Source: Bacteroidales bacterium (lineage in GTDB: Bacteria > Bacteroidota > Bacteroidia > Bacteroidales > VadinHA17). Taken from it: a stretch of DNA of 64,000 bases. Both the position numbers and the translations under genes were made by a program. The stretch is from the NCBI GenBank assembly GCA_030692905.1, contig JAUYBT010000085.1, positions 100 to 64,099 on the forward strand, in the 5' to 3' direction. This document shows positions 17,132 through 29,069 of the stretch, piece after piece. The notes under the pieces are model-generated. The model saw only the letters and a program-made list of their open reading frames with translations. It did no database searches and was not told where the DNA came from. Positions within the stretch are counted from its first letter, which is position 1. Each line of letters begins with the position of its first letter.

Positions 17132-19288
17132 CTATTCCTCTTCTTCTTCCTCCGAATATGCTTTGATTACAGCTTCCTGGACATCGCCGGGTACCTGGGC
17201 ATATTCTGCAAACTTCATGGAATACATTGCACGGCCACCTGTTATTGAACTCAGTGCAGTAGAATATTTATTCATCTCAGCGAGAGGAACTTTTGCTTTG
17301 ATAACCTCAAAACGTTTTTCACTTGCCATACCGAGAACCATACCACGTCTGCCCTGCAGGTCGCTAATAACATCACCCATACGGTCGGACGGGACCATTA
17401 TTTCAACATCATACACCGGTTCCATAATTTTCGGTCCGGCATTTTTAAATGCCTGGCTGAAAGCATTTCTTCCGGCAAGGCGGAAAGAAATTTCATTTGA
17501 GTCAACCGGGTGCATCTTGCCATCATATACATAAACCCTTATATCGCGGGCATATGATCCTGTGAGTGGTCCAATCTCCATCTTCTCCATTATCCCTTTC
17601 AGGATTGCAGGCAAAAAGCGTGCATCAATTGCCCCTCCCACAATACTGTTTACATAAACAAGTTTTCCACCCCAGGGAAGTTCAATCTCCTCTTTGTCGC
17701 GGACTGATATCTTTATCTCTTTACCACCAATCTTTTGCATGGCTGCTTCTTTGGAGCCCTCTTCATAAGGTTCGATAATCATATGAACCTCACCAAACTG
17801 GCCTGCGCCTCCTGATTGCTTCCTATGCCGGTAGTCAGCCTGCGCTGACTTTGTAATTGTCTCACGATAAGGTATTTTCGGAGGATTGAAGTTAGTGTGG
17901 ATCTTATAAATATTATCAAGATGCCACTTCATAATATTAAGATGGTATTCTCCCTGACCATGAACTATGATCTGTTTTAATTCTTTTGAGTATTCGATTA
18001 TGATGGTTGGGTCCTCAAGATGAATTTTATTCAGAGCTTCACCAAGTTTCTCATCATCACTTTCGCTCTGAGCTTTGATTGCTGTACGGTATTTAGGTTC
18101 GGGGAATTTAACACCTTCATATTTCCAGTCATTACCCGGAACATTAAGGGTATGACCGGTTTTGGTGTTTTTAAGTTTTACAAACGCACCGATATCACCT
18201 GTGTGGAGTTCAGGGACCCGTGTTCTGTTTTTTCCTGCACTTATATAAAGTTGTGCCAGCCGCTCTTTTGTACTGTTATTACTATTGACAACATCGAGAT
18301 TTTCCGTAACCTTTCCTGAATATACTCTAAAGTAATGTATCTCTCCGATATGTTCTTCGATTGATGATTTAAATACATAAACGGATGCAGGTCCGGCGGG
18401 ATTTGGTTTAACTTCGTTTCCCTTGCTGTTGACAGGAGCAGGCATATCTGAAATTGAAGGTGTTTTATTAACTATGAATTCCAGAAGACGGTCAACACCG
18501 ATATTGTTTTTTGATGACAGGCATAATACCGGGAACATTCCTCTTGTAACAATTCCTTTGGCAATTCCTTTTTTTATTTCATCTTCAGTCAGGGTATCAT
18601 TAGAGAAGAACAGTTCCATGAGTGATTCATCACTTTCAGCTGCTTTTTCAACGAGTGCACTATGCAATTCAGCAGTTTTGGCTGCATGCTCAACCGGAAT
18701 ATCAACTAATTCTGCCTTTCCACCGTCTTTCGAATAGCGGAGCATTTTCATTTTAAGAACGTCAATAATAGAATTGAATCCAACTCCTTCATTAACAGGA
18801 TACTGAATAAGAATGATATTGTTACTTAATCTTTCCTTCAGCATCTCAATTGACTTCTCAAAGTTGGCTTTTTCGTGATCGAGGCCATTTATTACAAGGA
18901 TAAGCGGCTTATGATTTTTTTCGGCGTGTCTGAAATGTATCTCGGTTCCAACCTCAACACCATTCTGGACGTTGATCGTCATAACGGCAGCATCGGAAGC
19001 AAATAATGAAGAAATAACACCACCGCTGAAATCATCGAGACCGGGAGTATCGAAAATGTTTATTTTATGATTCTGAAATTCGGTATAAAGTACTGTTGAA
19101 AAGATTGAGTTTCCGTTTTCATGCTCAATTGGACGATAGTCGGAGACTGTATTATTTCCTTCGATAGTACCTCTTCTTTCGATGATGCCGCCATTAAAAA
19201 GCATTGCCTCTGCAAGGGTAGTTTTTCCTGACCCCGAGTTACCCAGAAGGGCAATGTTTTTAATCTGGTCCGCCTGGAATGTTTTCAT
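17132..19288 (-). CDS. elongation factor G paralog with degenerate GTPase motifs
   Basis: Full five-domain EF-G architecture (718 aa). G1 is GNSGSGKTT, G3 is DTPGLDDF (no His) and G4 is NGLD (no Lys). The canonical fusA lies 1.3 kb away. Confidence 0.85.
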   Translation of the reverse strand: MKTFQADQIKNIALLGNSGSGKTTLAEAMLFNGGIIERRGTIEGNNTVSDYRPIEHENGNSIFSTVLYTEFQNHKINIFDTPGLDDFSGGVISSLFASDAAVMTINVQNGVEVGTEIHFRHAEKNHKPLILVINGLDHEKANFEKSIEMLKERLSNNIILIQYPVNEGVGFNSIIDVLKMKMLRYSKDGGKAELVDIPVEHAAKTAELHSALVEKAAESDESLMELFFSNDTLTEDEIKKGIAKGIVTRGMFPVLCLSSKNNIGVDRLLEFIVNKTPSISDMPAPVNSKGNEVKPNPAGPASVYVFKSSIEEHIGEIHYFRVYSGKVTENLDVVNSNNSTKERLAQLYISAGKNRTRVPELHTGDIGAFVKLKNTKTGHTLNVPGNDWKYEGVKFPEPKYRTAIKAQSESDDEKLGEALNKIHLEDPTIIIEYSKELKQIIVHGQGEYHLNIMKWHLDNIYKIHTNFNPPKIPYRETITKSAQADYRHRKQSGGAGQFGEVHMIIEPYEEGSKEAAMQKIGGKEIKISVRDKEEIELPWGGKLVYVNSIVGGAIDARFLPAILKGIMEKMEIGPLTGSYARDIRVYVYDGKMHPVDSNEISFRLAGRNAFSQAFKNAGPKIMEPVYDVEIMVPSDRMGDVISDLQGRRGMVLGMASEKRFEVIKAKVPLAEMNKYSTALSSITGGRAMYSMKFAEYAQVPGDVQEAVIKAYSEEEEEE

Positions 19289-19345
19289 ATTTTTCTGGAT
19301 ATTATATGTTATACTTATTTCCTATATACTCTGATGAGAAGGGAA

Positions 19346-19353
19346 CAAAAATA
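19346..19353 (-). promoter_or_regulatory. Bacteroidota -7 promoter box (TATTTTTG on the minus strand)
   Basis: The plus strand reads CAAAAATA. It lies 58 nt upstream of the EF-G paralog ATG. Confidence 0.35.
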
Positions 19354-19652
19354 ATAATTTTTTAAAAACAGCAGAAGAAAGAGATGAGAATTACAAATTT
19401 TTTATTTCCTTTGCAGCAGTTTTTTGAAATACAGGAGTACCGGTTTTTCTTTCACAGTAAGTTTACAAAACGTTTTTCGCTAGGGAAAGATCGGGAAGGA
19501 ACCTGTTGATAACTTACATTTTTAAGTAAGATATATTGTTTTAAACGTGCTTTAAGGCCTGATTATTGGGAATAATCAGGTATCTGAATCATGTCTGTTA
19601 TTTTGTTTTTAAAAAAATGACATACTGTTTGTGAATTAAGAAATAAAAACAA

Positions 19653-19660
19653 TACCTTTG
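19653..19660 (+). promoter_or_regulatory. Bacteroidota -7 promoter box (TACCTTTG) of the str operon
   Basis: Exact TAnnTTTG match 47 nt upstream of the rpsL ATG. Confidence 0.5.
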
Positions 19661-19706
19661 CAAACCATTTTTTTGAGTAAAATTTAATGCTAAAATAATT
19701 GGAAAT

Positions 19707-20081
19707 ATGCCGACAATTCAGCAATTAGTAAGAAAAGGCAGGAAGAAACTGGTAGATAAAAGTAAAGCACCCGCTCTGGATTCATGTCCTCAGAGAAGGG
19801 GTGTTTGTGTTCGTGTTTACACCACAACGCCAAAGAAACCTAATTCAGCTATGAGGAAGGTGGCCAGGGTAAGGCTTACCAACCAGAAAGAAGTAAACGC
19901 TTATATTCCGGGAGAAGGTCATAATCTGCAGGAACACTCTATCGTACTGATCAGAGGTGGCAGGGTTAAAGATCTTCCGGGTGTGCGTTATCACCTTGTT
20001 CGTGGTGCTCTCGACACCTCCGGGGTTGATGGTCGTACTCAGAGAAGATCAAAATATGGTGCTAAAAGGCCTAAGAAGTAA
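19707..20081 (+). CDS. rpsL: 30S ribosomal protein S12
   Basis: [12 protein letters not shown]...[14 protein letters not shown]... is unmistakable uS12. Confidence 0.97.
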   Translation: MPTIQQLVRKGRKKLVDKSKAPALDSCPQRRGVCVRVYTTTPKKPNSAMRKVARVRLTNQKEVNAYIPGEGHNLQEHSIVLIRGGRVKDLPGVRYHLVRGALDTSGVDGRTQRRSKYGAKRPKK

Positions 20082-20100
20082 CAGTTAAAGGAATAAGATA

Positions 20101-20577
20101 ATGAGAAAGTCAAAACCAAAGAAGAGGATTCTGTTACCGGATCCCAAATATAAAGATTCGTATGTAACGAGGTTTGTGAATAATCTTATGTTCAATGGTA
20201 AAAAGAACCTGGCTTTTAAAATTTTCTACGACTCACTTGAAATAGTCGGAGATAAATTTAAAGGCGAAGGCAAGTCACCGCTCGAAATATTCAAGCAGGC
20301 TCTTGACAATGTTACCCCTCAGGTTGAAGTAAAAGCCCGCAGGGTTGGTGGTGCAACTTTCCAGGTGCCTATGGAGATCAGGACTGACAGAAAGGTAAGC
20401 ATCAGCATGAAGAACATGATCTCTTTTGCAAGGAAAAGAACCGGTCATTCAATGGCTGAAAGACTTGCAGCAGAGCTTATGGCGGCTTATAAACTTGAAG
20501 GTGGAGCATATAAGAAGAAAGAAGATACTCACAGGATGGCCGAAGCAAACAAAGCTTTCGCTCATTTCCGGTTTTAG
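20101..20577 (+). CDS. rpsG: 30S ribosomal protein S7
   Basis: Translation matches uS7 and the gene follows rpsL. Confidence 0.97.
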   Translation: MRKSKPKKRILLPDPKYKDSYVTRFVNNLMFNGKKNLAFKIFYDSLEIVGDKFKGEGKSPLEIFKQALDNVTPQVEVKARRVGGATFQVPMEIRTDRKVSISMKNMISFARKRTGHSMAERLAAELMAAYKLEGGAYKKKEDTHRMAEANKAFAHFRF

Positions 20578-20610
20578 TTGATTATAAGAGGCAGTAGGAT
20601 ATAAGTATAG

Positions 20611-22713
20611 ATGGATAAAAACCTGAAATATACCAGAAACATTGGAATCATGGCTCACATCGATGCCGGGAAGACCACTACAACAGAGCGTATTCTGTTT
20701 TATACAGGTCGTACCCATCGCATGGGCGAGGTACATGATGGCAATGCCCAGATGGACTGGATGGTTCAGGAACAGGAGAGAGGAATTACAATAACCTCTG
20801 CCGCTACAACTACTTACTGGAAATACAGGGGAGAAGATTATAAGATTAATATTATTGATACTCCCGGCCACGTCGATTTTACAGTTGAAGTTGAAAGATC
20901 ACTAAGGGTTCTTGATGGTGCTGTTGCTGTCTTCTGTGCAGTAGGAGGTGTTGAACCTCAGTCAGAAACTGTTTGGAGACAGGCAAATAAATATGTTGTA
21001 CCAAGAATTGCCTTTATTAATAAGATGGACCGTGCGGGAGCCGATTTTTACAGCGTTGTTCAGCAGATCCAGGAAAAACTCGGAGCTAATCCCGTCCCAG
21101 TTCAGATACCAATTGGTGCAGAGGAGAATTTCAAAGGTTTTGTTGACCTGGTGAATATGAAAGCAGTCGTTTATTATAACGACGAAGCAACTGGTATCCG
21201 TTTTGAGACCGAGAAGATTCCTCAGGATATGAAAGAGGAAGCTGATGAGTGGAGAGGAAAACTGATTGAAGCTGTTGCTGGGGTTGATGATACTCTTCTT
21301 GCCAGATATCTTGAAGATCATGAGTCAATTACCGGAGAAGAAATTCTCGTTGCTCTCAGAAAAACAGCTATTGATGGACTTGCAATCCCGGTAATCTGCG
21401 GAGCTGCTTTCAAAAATAAAGGAGTACAGAGTCTTCTCGATGCTGTAATCGCTTTCCTGCCTTCCCCTGTTGATAAAGGAGCTGTAACCGGAATTGACCC
21501 AAGAAATGATGAAGAAATTACACGTGAGCCGGACGATGAAGCACCATTGGCCGCTCTCGCATTTAAAATAGCAACTGATCCGTTTGTGGGTCGTCTGGCT
21601 TTCTTACGCGTTTATTCAGGTGTTCTCCATGCTGGAGATACAGTTTTGAATATCCGCACAGGGAAAAGGGAACGTATTAACCGTCTGTTCCAGATGCATG
21701 CCAACAAACAGAATCCTAAAGAAAGTATTTCGGCCGGCGATATATGTGCGGGTATTGGATTTAAAGATCTCAAGACCGGTGATACATTATGCGCAATTAA
21801 TAAACCGATATTGCTTGAATCAATGGATTTTCCGGAGCCGGTTATTGGTGTGGCAATCGAGCCTAAAACTCAGGCCGATATTGATAAATTATCAATGGCA
21901 CTCAATAAACTTGCCGAAGAAGATCCGACATTCCAGGTCAGAACGGATCCCGATAGCGGGCAGACAATTATCCATGGTATGGGTGAACTGCATCTGGAAA
22001 TTCTCATTGACCGTCTGAAGAGGGAGTTTAAAATTGAATGTAATCAGGGTGCACCCCAGGTTGCATACAAGGAGGCCATTACAACAACTGCTGAATTCCG
22101 TGAAGTATTTAAGAAGCAGACCGGAGGCAGGGGTAAATTTGCTGATATGACTTTTGATTTAATGCCGGCAGATGAAAATGTAAGAGGTCTTCAATTTGTA
22201 AATGAGGTTAAAGGCGGACATATTCCGAAGGAGTATATTCCATCAATTGAAAAAGGATTCCGCGAAGCAATGGTAAACGGACCACTCGCAGGTTTCCCTC
22301 TCGATAGCCTTAAAGTAGTACTCAAAGACGGTTCGTACCATCCGGTTGACTCTGATGCTCTGGCATTTGAAATTGCTGCCAAACAGGCTTTCAGGAAATT
22401 TGCGGGGAAATGCAATCCCGTAATTCTGGAACCAATTATGTCTACAGAAGTTGTAACTCCTGAAGAATATGTTGGCGATGTTATAGGCGATTTTAACAGA
22501 AGAAGAGGCAGGGTGGAAGGTATGGAATCGAAAGCAGGCTCAAGAGTCGTTAAAGCAAAAGTACCTCTGGCCGAAAAATTCGGTTATGTTACAGTACTTC
22601 GGACCCTTACCTCGGGAAGAGCAACTTCAACAATGGAGTTCTCTCATTATGAAAAGGTACCTGCGGAAATATCAAACAGAATTGTAGAAATTACAAAAGG
22701 AAAAATTCTTTAA
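20611..22713 (+). CDS. fusA: elongation factor G
   Basis: [17 protein letters not shown] and NKMD motifs in a 700-aa protein within the str operon. Confidence 0.97.
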   Translation: MDKNLKYTRNIGIMAHIDAGKTTTTERILFYTGRTHRMGEVHDGNAQMDWMVQEQERGITITSAATTTYWKYRGEDYKINIIDTPGHVDFTVEVERSLRVLDGAVAVFCAVGGVEPQSETVWRQANKYVVPRIAFINKMDRAGADFYSVVQQIQEKLGANPVPVQIPIGAEENFKGFVDLVNMKAVVYYNDEATGIRFETEKIPQDMKEEADEWRGKLIEAVAGVDDTLLARYLEDHESITGEEILVALRKTAIDGLAIPVICGAAFKNKGVQSLLDAVIAFLPSPVDKGAVTGIDPRNDEEITREPDDEAPLAALAFKIATDPFVGRLAFLRVYSGVLHAGDTVLNIRTGKRERINRLFQMHANKQNPKESISAGDICAGIGFKDLKTGDTLCAINKPILLESMDFPEPVIGVAIEPKTQADIDKLSMALNKLAEEDPTFQVRTDPDSGQTIIHGMGELHLEILIDRLKREFKIECNQGAPQVAYKEAITTTAEFREVFKKQTGGRGKFADMTFDLMPADENVRGLQFVNEVKGGHIPKEYIPSIEKGFREAMVNGPLAGFPLDSLKVVLKDGSYHPVDSDALAFEIAAKQAFRKFAGKCNPVILEPIMSTEVVTPEEYVGDVIGDFNRRRGRVEGMESKAGSRVVKAKVPLAEKFGYVTVLRTLTSGRATSTMEFSHYEKVPAEISNRIVEITKGKIL

Positions 22714-22717
22714 AGAG

Positions 22718-23023
22718 ATGAGTCAGAAAATTCGTATTAAACTGAAATCTTACGATCATAATCTGGTGGATAAATCTGCCGAGAAGATCGTAAAAACAGT
22801 AAAATCTACTGGTGCAGTGGTTAGCGGTCCTATTCCGCTTCCAACCCACAAAAAGATTTATACAGTGCTTCGTTCCCCGTTTGTAAACAAAAAAGCAAGA
22901 GAGCAGTTTCAGCTCTGTTCTTACAAAAGATTGCTCGACATTTACAGCTCAACACCAAAGACAATCGATGCTCTGATGAAACTTGAGCTTCCAAGCGGAG
23001 TTGAAGTAGAAATTAAAGTGTGA
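22718..23023 (+). CDS. rpsJ: 30S ribosomal protein S10
   Basis: Translation matches uS10 ([10 protein letters not shown]...). Confidence 0.97.
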   Translation: MSQKIRIKLKSYDHNLVDKSAEKIVKTVKSTGAVVSGPIPLPTHKKIYTVLRSPFVNKKAREQFQLCSYKRLLDIYSSTPKTIDALMKLELPSGVEVEIKV

Positions 23024-23044
23024 AACCAGTAAAGTTATAAAGAG

Positions 23045-23665
23045 ATGCAGGGATTAATTGGTAAAAAGGTAGGAATGACCTCCATTTTTGATGAAAATGG
23101 AAAGAATGTTCCATGTACGGTTCTGCAAGCCGGTCCATGTGTTGTTACCCAGATTAAAACAGTGGATAAGGACGGTTACTTTGCTGTACAGCTTGGATTC
23201 GACGATAAAAAGGAAAAGCACACTACTAAAGCCGAAATGGGCCATTTCAAAAAAATCAATACAACTCCAAAGAGGAAACTCATCGAGTTTACAGGCTTTG
23301 ATGAAGGTCAGGTTAAAGAAGGTGAAGTGCTTACATCTGAACTTTTCAGACCCGATAACTGGGTTGATGTCAGAGGCTGGTCAAAAGGTAAAGGATTCCA
23401 GGGTGTTGTTAAACGTCATGGATTCGCTGGCGTTGGCGGACAAACCCACGGACAGCATAACAGGGGCAGAGCACCCGGTTCATTAGGTGCTTCATCATTC
23501 CCTTCAAGAGTATTCCCCGGCATGAGAATGGCAGGTCGTACAGGAGGAAATAAAGTGATGTCACAAAGTTTGAAAGTTGTAAAACTTATGGCCGAGAGTG
23601 ATATAATAATTGTTAGAGGATCTGTTCCGGGTCCAAAAGGTGGTTACGTAATAATTACAAAATAA
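23045..23665 (+). CDS. rplC: 50S ribosomal protein L3
   Basis: Translation matches uL3 ([10 protein letters not shown]...). Confidence 0.97.
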   Translation: MQGLIGKKVGMTSIFDENGKNVPCTVLQAGPCVVTQIKTVDKDGYFAVQLGFDDKKEKHTTKAEMGHFKKINTTPKRKLIEFTGFDEGQVKEGEVLTSELFRPDNWVDVRGWSKGKGFQGVVKRHGFAGVGGQTHGQHNRGRAPGSLGASSFPSRVFPGMRMAGRTGGNKVMSQSLKVVKLMAESDIIIVRGSVPGPKGGYVIITK

Positions 23666-24294
23666 TGGAATTAGCGATTCTTAATATTAGTGGTAAAGAA
23701 ACCGGAAGGAAAGTTAATCTTGACGATTCAATTTTCGGTATTGAACCTAACGACCATGCTATTTATCTGGATACAAAACAGTACCTGGCCAATCAAAGGC
23801 AGGGTACCCATAGCTCCAAAGATCGTGGCGAGATAGCTGGTAGTACCAGGAAGATTAAAAGGCAGAAAGGAACCGGAACTGCACGCGCAGGAAGCATTAA
23901 GAACCCTCTGTTCCGCGGTGGTGGTCGTATGTTCGGACCAAAACCAAGGTTCTATGGCTTCAAGCTTAATAAGAAGGTCAAACAATTAGCCAGAAAATCA
24001 GCACTTTCATATAAGGCATCAACAAATAATATTATTGTACTGGAAGATTTCTCATTTGAGGCTCCTAAAACAAAGGAAATCATCAAAATGGGAAATAACC
24101 TGAATATTGCGAATAAAAAATCAGTATTTGTTTTACCAGAACAAAATAATAATATATATTTGTCAACCCGAAATGTACATGGGGTTGATGTCGTAATTGC
24201 CAGTGAACTAAGCACTTACAAAATAATGAAGGCTTCAACTTTGATACTTGTGGAGAGCGCAGTTGACGTTTTACAGGCAACATTTGAATACTAG
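23665..24294 (+). CDS. rplD: 50S ribosomal protein L4
   Basis: Translation matches uL4 and fits the S10 operon order. Confidence 0.95.
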   Translation: MELAILNISGKETGRKVNLDDSIFGIEPNDHAIYLDTKQYLANQRQGTHSSKDRGEIAGSTRKIKRQKGTGTARAGSIKNPLFRGGGRMFGPKPRFYGFKLNKKVKQLARKSALSYKASTNNIIVLEDFSFEAPKTKEIIKMGNNLNIANKKSVFVLPEQNNNIYLSTRNVHGVDVVIASELSTYKIMKASTLILVESAVDVLQATFEY

Positions 24295-24307
24295 AAAACT
24301 TTGAGTG

Positions 24308-24598
24308 ATGAATATTTTGCTTAAACCGATTGTAACGGAAAAGATGACAAGCCAGGGCGATAAATTTAACCGCTATGGTTTTCTCGTTGCCAGAAACGCA
24401 AATAAGTTACAGATAAAGAAAGCCGTTGAGGAACTGTACAGTGTTACAGTAGATTCGGTAAATACGATGCGCTATGGCGGGAAAATAAAATCCCGTAATA
24501 CCAAATCGGGACTTCTTACAGGAAAAACATCAGCTACAAAGAAAGCTGTTGTTACGCTAGCAGAAGGAAACAAAATTGATTTCTATAGCAATATTTAA
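24308..24598 (+). CDS. rplW: 50S ribosomal protein L23
   Basis: Translation matches uL23. ATG at 24308 is preferred over the adjacent GTG at 24305. Confidence 0.95.
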   Translation: MNILLKPIVTEKMTSQGDKFNRYGFLVARNANKLQIKKAVEELYSVTVDSVNTMRYGGKIKSRNTKSGLLTGKTSATKKAVVTLAEGNKIDFYSNI

Positions 24599-24606
24599 TT
24601 ACCTAT

Positions 24607-25431
24607 ATGGCAGTCAGAAAGATCAAACCTGTAACACCAGGTCAGCGACACAAGATAGCAGGCACTTTTGAAACACTCACAAGTGCTACGCCGGAGAAAT
24701 CCTTACTTCGTCCGCTTAGAAAATCAGGAGGAAGGAATGTTAACGGCAAACAGACTATGAGATACATCGGAGGCGGTCATAAAAAGATGTACAGAATTAT
24801 TGATTTCCTCAGGGAAAAAGATGGAATACCTGCAACAGTCAAAACAATCGAATACGATCCGAATCGTTCTTCGAGAATTGCACTTGTTGTTTATAAAGAT
24901 GGTGAGAAAAGATATATAGTAGCACCTGTCGGGCTTCAGGTCGGTCAGACATTAATGTCTGGAAAAGAGGCTGCCCCGGAAATCGGAAATACTATGTTTC
25001 TTAGTGATATCCCAATGGGTACTATCATTCATAATATTGAACTTAAACCGGGTAAAGGCGGAGCAATCGCACGAAGTGCCGGAACTTATGCCCAGCTGTC
25101 AGCCCGTGATGGGAAATATGCTACGATCAAACTTCCTTCGGGAGAAACAAGATTGATCCTTTCAACATGCCGTGCAACTATCGGTACAGTCTCTAATCCC
25201 GACCATAACCTCGAAAGATCAGGCAAGGCAGGCCGCTCACGCTGGCAGGGACGACGTCCGAGAGTAAGAGGCGTGGTTATGAACCCTGTCGATCACCCGA
25301 TGGGTGGTGGTGAAGGTAGAGCTTCCGGCGGACACCCAAGGTCGCGCAAAGGAATTCCTGCAAAAGGTTTCAAGACCAGAGACAAGAAGAAATACTCTGC
25401 AAAATTTATTATTGAAAGAAGAAAAAAATAA
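24607..25431 (+). CDS. rplB: 50S ribosomal protein L2
   Basis: Translation matches uL2 (...[15 protein letters not shown]...). Confidence 0.97.
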   Translation: MAVRKIKPVTPGQRHKIAGTFETLTSATPEKSLLRPLRKSGGRNVNGKQTMRYIGGGHKKMYRIIDFLREKDGIPATVKTIEYDPNRSSRIALVVYKDGEKRYIVAPVGLQVGQTLMSGKEAAPEIGNTMFLSDIPMGTIIHNIELKPGKGGAIARSAGTYAQLSARDGKYATIKLPSGETRLILSTCRATIGTVSNPDHNLERSGKAGRSRWQGRRPRVRGVVMNPVDHPMGGGEGRASGGHPRSRKGIPAKGFKTRDKKKYSAKFIIERRKK

Positions 25432-25441
25432 CTGATATATT

Positions 25442-25705
25442 ATGAGTAGATCAATTAAAAAAGGCCCTTTCATTGATTTCAAACTCGGGAAGAGAATTCT
25501 TGAAATGAATGACGGACAAAAGAAATCAGTGCTCAAGACATGGTCAAGAAGATCAGTGATCTCACCTGATTTTGTCGGACATACTATAGCAGTTCATAAC
25601 GGGAACAAGTTTATCCCCGTTTACATTACCGAGAATATGGTAGGCCATAAGTTAGGAGAATTTTCACCTACACGTACTTTCAGGGGTCACTCTGGTAATA
25701 AATAA
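25442..25705 (+). CDS. rpsS: 30S ribosomal protein S19
   Basis: Translation matches uS19 ([10 protein letters not shown]...). Confidence 0.97.
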   Translation: MSRSIKKGPFIDFKLGKRILEMNDGQKKSVLKTWSRRSVISPDFVGHTIAVHNGNKFIPVYITENMVGHKLGEFSPTRTFRGHSGNK

Positions 25706-25734
25706 GTAATGTAAACATCGAAAAACATTTAGAA

Positions 25735-26154
25735 ATGGGTGCAAGAAAAAGAAATACAGCTGACCAGAAAAAAGAAGCCGCCAAGAACAGATATCAGGCG
25801 ATTCTCAAAAACTGTCCTACGTCTCCGCGAAAGATGAGATTGGTTACCGATCTGATAAGCGGAATGGAAGTAAACAAAGCACTTAATGTTCTCAAGTTCA
25901 GTTCGCAGGAGGCATCACGCAGATTGGAGAAACTACTCCTCTCCGCAATTGCCAACTGGCAGTCGAAAAATGAAGGTGTAAGAGTGGAAGAAAGCAATCT
26001 CTTTGTAAAACTGATTCATGTCGACGGAGGCCGTTCATTGAAAAGACTGCAGACAGCACCACAGGGAAGAGCCTACAGGGTAAGAAAAAGATCAAACCAT
26101 GTAACTCTCGTGCTTGACACTATGATTAAGGAAGTTGAAAAAGCATCAAATTAG
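25735..26154 (+). CDS. rplV: 50S ribosomal protein L22
   Basis: Translation matches uL22 and fits the operon order. Confidence 0.95.
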   Translation: MGARKRNTADQKKEAAKNRYQAILKNCPTSPRKMRLVTDLISGMEVNKALNVLKFSSQEASRRLEKLLLSAIANWQSKNEGVRVEESNLFVKLIHVDGGRSLKRLQTAPQGRAYRVRKRSNHVTLVLDTMIKEVEKASN

Positions 26155-26159
26155 AATAG

Positions 26160-26858
26160 ATGGGACAAAAAGTAAATCCGATAGGTAACAGATTAGGTAT
26201 AATTAAAGGATGGGATTCAAACTGGTACGGTGGAAAAGATTTTTCCGGTAAACTGGTTGAAGATACTAAAATCAGGGAATACCTGAATGCCAGGCTCGCA
26301 AAAGCCAGTATCTCCAAGATTATTATTGAAAGAACACTGAAGCTTATTACTGTAACAGTTAATACCGCACGTCCGGGTATCATTATCGGTAAGGGCGGAC
26401 AGGAAGTTGACAAGCTGAAGGAAGAACTCAAGAAAATTACGAAGAAAGAGGTTCAGATAAACATCTTTGAAGTTAAACGTCCTGAATTGGATGCTAACAT
26501 AGTCGGAAATAATATTGCCCGCCAGCTGGAAGGTAAAATTTCGTACCGTCGTGCAATCAAAATGTCAATTGCCTCCACTATGCGTATGGGAGCAGAAGGA
26601 ATAAAAGTTATGATCTCTGGTCGTCTTGGTGGTGCTGAAATGGCCAGAAGCGAATCTTACAAGGAGGGACGTATTCCACTTCATACTTTACGTGCTGACA
26701 TTGATTATGCTTTGGCTGAAGCACATACAAAAGTTGGACTTCTTGGTGTTAAAGTATGGATTTGCAACGGAGAAGTTTATGGTAAGAGAGATCTCAGTCC
26801 GAATATCGGTGCAAGAAATGCTAAGAGCAAGAGCCTGAAAAGGAAAGCAAAAAAGTAA
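26160..26858 (+). CDS. rpsC: 30S ribosomal protein S3
   Basis: Translation matches uS3 ([13 protein letters not shown]...). Confidence 0.97.
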   Translation: MGQKVNPIGNRLGIIKGWDSNWYGGKDFSGKLVEDTKIREYLNARLAKASISKIIIERTLKLITVTVNTARPGIIIGKGGQEVDKLKEELKKITKKEVQINIFEVKRPELDANIVGNNIARQLEGKISYRRAIKMSIASTMRMGAEGIKVMISGRLGGAEMARSESYKEGRIPLHTLRADIDYALAEAHTKVGLLGVKVWICNGEVYGKRDLSPNIGARNAKSKSLKRKAKK

Positions 26859-26898
26859 GACATTTAGTAGTATATAATTTTATAACAATATTTGAGCA

Positions 26899-27321
26899 AT
26901 GTTACAACCGAAAAGGACCAAATTCAGGAGAGCTCAGAAGGGAAGAATGAAAGGAAATGCACAAAGAGGCAACCAGCTGGCATTCGGGTCATTTGGTATC
27001 AAAGCACTTCAGGAGAGCTGGATCACCGGAAGGCAGATCGAAGCAGCTCGCCAGGCCGTAACACGTCATATGAAACGTGAAGGTCAATTATGGATACGGA
27101 TTTTCCCCGATAAACCTATTACAAAGAAACCTGCAGAGGTACGTATGGGTAAAGGAAAAGGAGCACCCGAAGGTTTTGTTGTACCCGTAACTCCGGGTAG
27201 GATTCTGCTTGAAGCTGAAGGAGTACCTTATGAAGTTGCAAAAGAAGCTCTCCGTCTGGGAGCTCAGAAACTTCCAATAACAACAAAATTTATTGTAAGA
27301 CGCGATTACATACAGGAATAA
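26899..27321 (+). CDS. rplP: 50S ribosomal protein L16
   Basis: Translation matches uL16 ([10 protein letters not shown]...). Confidence 0.97.
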   Translation: MLQPKRTKFRRAQKGRMKGNAQRGNQLAFGSFGIKALQESWITGRQIEAARQAVTRHMKREGQLWIRIFPDKPITKKPAEVRMGKGKGAPEGFVVPVTPGRILLEAEGVPYEVAKEALRLGAQKLPITTKFIVRRDYIQE

Positions 27322-27334
27322 AACTTTGACAGAG

Positions 27335-27541
27335 ATGAAAACTTCAGAAATAAAGGAATTAAGCAGCTCAGATCTTCTCGAGAGAATCGACACGGAGAGG
27401 ACAATGCTCGTTCGTATGAAGCTTAACCATGCAATCACTCCTCTTGATAACCCGCAAAAGGTTAAAGAAGTGAAACTTACGATTGCACGTCTGCTAACCG
27501 AAATGCGTACAAGAGAGTTGAATAAGAAATCTAATAGCTAG
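27335..27541 (+). CDS. rpmC: 50S ribosomal protein L29
   Basis: Translation matches uL29. ATG at 27335 (MKTSEIKEL...) is preferred over the TTG at 27326 in the ORF track. Confidence 0.9.
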   Translation: MKTSEIKELSSSDLLERIDTERTMLVRMKLNHAITPLDNPQKVKEVKLTIARLLTEMRTRELNKKSNS

Positions 27542-27548
27542 ATCAGCA

Positions 27549-27803
27549 ATGGGAAGGAATCTTAGAAAAGAACGTATAGGTGTAGTTGTCAGTACTAAAA
27601 TGGACAAATCCATCGTCGTTGTCATTAAAAGGAAAGTAAAACATCCTATTTATGGCAAGTTTATTAACAGAACAAAAAAACTGATGGCGCACGATGAAGC
27701 AAATTCATGCAATATTGGCGATACTGTACGTATCTCGGAGACCAGGCCTCTGAGCAAGAATAAAACCTGGAGATTAATTGAAATAATCGAAAGAGCTAAG
27801 TAA
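27549..27803 (+). CDS. rpsQ: 30S ribosomal protein S17
   Basis: Translation matches uS17. Confidence 0.95.
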   Translation: MGRNLRKERIGVVVSTKMDKSIVVVIKRKVKHPIYGKFINRTKKLMAHDEANSCNIGDTVRISETRPLSKNKTWRLIEIIERAK

Positions 27804-27805
27804 TC

Positions 27806-28171
27806 ATGATACAACAGGAAAGCAGATTAACCGTAGCCGACAACTCAGGAGCCAAAGAAGTTTTATGCATCAGGGTACTCGGTGGTAGCAAAAAAAGATA
27901 TGCTACCGTAGGTGATAAAATTGTTGTGAGTGTGAAATCCGCACTTCCTTCAGGTGAAGCAAAAAAAGGTACAGTAAGCAAGGCAGTTGTCGTCAGAACA
28001 AAAAAAGAGATCCGTCGTGCCGATGGTTCCTATATCAGATTCGACGATAACGCAGTTGTTCTTCTTAACAATGTGAACGAAGTACGTGGTACACGTATCT
28101 TCGGCCCGGTTGCCAGGGAACTGCGTGACAAGTACATGAAGATTGTTTCATTAGCACCTGAAGTGTTGTAA
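27806..28171 (+). CDS. rplN: 50S ribosomal protein L14
   Basis: [17 protein letters not shown]... is uL14. Confidence 0.97.
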   Translation: MIQQESRLTVADNSGAKEVLCIRVLGGSKKRYATVGDKIVVSVKSALPSGEAKKGTVSKAVVVRTKKEIRRADGSYIRFDDNAVVLLNNVNEVRGTRIFGPVARELRDKYMKIVSLAPEVL

Positions 28172-28190
28172 CATATTTAAATACACAACG

Positions 28191-28514
28191 ATGCAGAAGA
28201 AATTACATATTAAAAAGGGAGACACGGTTATGGTAATAACCGGTGAATCAAAAGGTCAGAAAGGCCGTGTTCTGGAAGTAGACAGGGATAAAAACAGAGC
28301 TCTTGTTGAAGGTGTAAATCTGGTATCGAAACATACCAAACCCAATGCCAAAGCTCCACAGGGAGGTATAATAAAGAAAGAAGCACCGGTCCATATTTCA
28401 AATCTGATGCTTATTGATCCTGCTTCCGGTAAACCTACCCGTATTGGTAAAAAACTTAATGAAAAAGATAAATTAGTGCGTTATTCAAAAAAATCAGGAG
28501 AGGAGATCAAGTAA
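28191..28514 (+). CDS. rplX: 50S ribosomal protein L24
   Basis: Translation matches uL24 ([17 protein letters not shown]). Confidence 0.95.
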   Translation: MQKKLHIKKGDTVMVITGESKGQKGRVLEVDRDKNRALVEGVNLVSKHTKPNAKAPQGGIIKKEAPVHISNLMLIDPASGKPTRIGKKLNEKDKLVRYSKKSGEEIK

Positions 28515-29065
28515 TGTACATACCTGCGCTAAAAACCAAGTATAAAGACGAGATCGTCACTGCATTAATGAAGGAATTCGGATACAAAACTGTAATGCAG
28601 GTCCCAAGGTTGGAAAAGATAGTTATCAACCAGGGGGTAGGACAGGCTATTGCCGATAAGAAATTGCTTGAATTCGGTGTTAAAGAGATGTCGGATATTG
28701 CAGGACAGAAAGCTGTTCAGACTAACTCAACAAAAGATATCTCAAACTTTAAACTGAGAAAAAACATGCCTATCGGCATAATGGTAACATTACGCAAAGA
28801 GAGGATGTATGAATTTCTCGAGAGACTGATATCTGTTGCACTTCCGCGTATCCGCGACTTTAAAGGAATCAGTTCCAAACTCGACGGACGTGGTAATTAC
28901 ACCCTGGGAATTACCGAGCAGATCATTTTCCCTGAAATCGACCTTGATAAGATTGCTAAAATCATGGGGCTTCAGGTGACATTCGTAACCTCGGCAGATA
29001 CCGATGAGGAAGCATTAGCTCTGCTTAAGCACTTTGGTTTACCATTTAAAAATATTAAAAACTAG
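28514..29065 (+). CDS. rplE: 50S ribosomal protein L5
   Basis: Translation matches uL5. Confidence 0.97.
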   Translation: MYIPALKTKYKDEIVTALMKEFGYKTVMQVPRLEKIVINQGVGQAIADKKLLEFGVKEMSDIAGQKAVQTNSTKDISNFKLRKNMPIGIMVTLRKERMYEFLERLISVALPRIRDFKGISSKLDGRGNYTLGITEQIIFPEIDLDKIAKIMGLQVTFVTSADTDEEALALLKHFGLPFKNIKN

Positions 29066-29069
29066 TAAT

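Noticed and set aside
20449-20871. Antisense shadow ORFs throughout the window. Examples are 20449-20871, 3630-4151, 20962-21321, 33651-34046, 39939-40544, 35682-36032 and 26126-26431
   Set aside because: All lie opposite highly conserved, confidently identified genes. Their translations are compositionally odd. I treat them as typical non-coding reverse-frame ORFs.
22714-22717. Missing tuf between fusA and rpsJ, and missing adk between secY and map, considered as possible deletions or rearrangements
   Set aside because: fusA abuts rpsJ and secY abuts map with tiny clean junctions. To my knowledge Bacteroidota normally carry tuf and adk at other loci, so this is the ordinary gene order.
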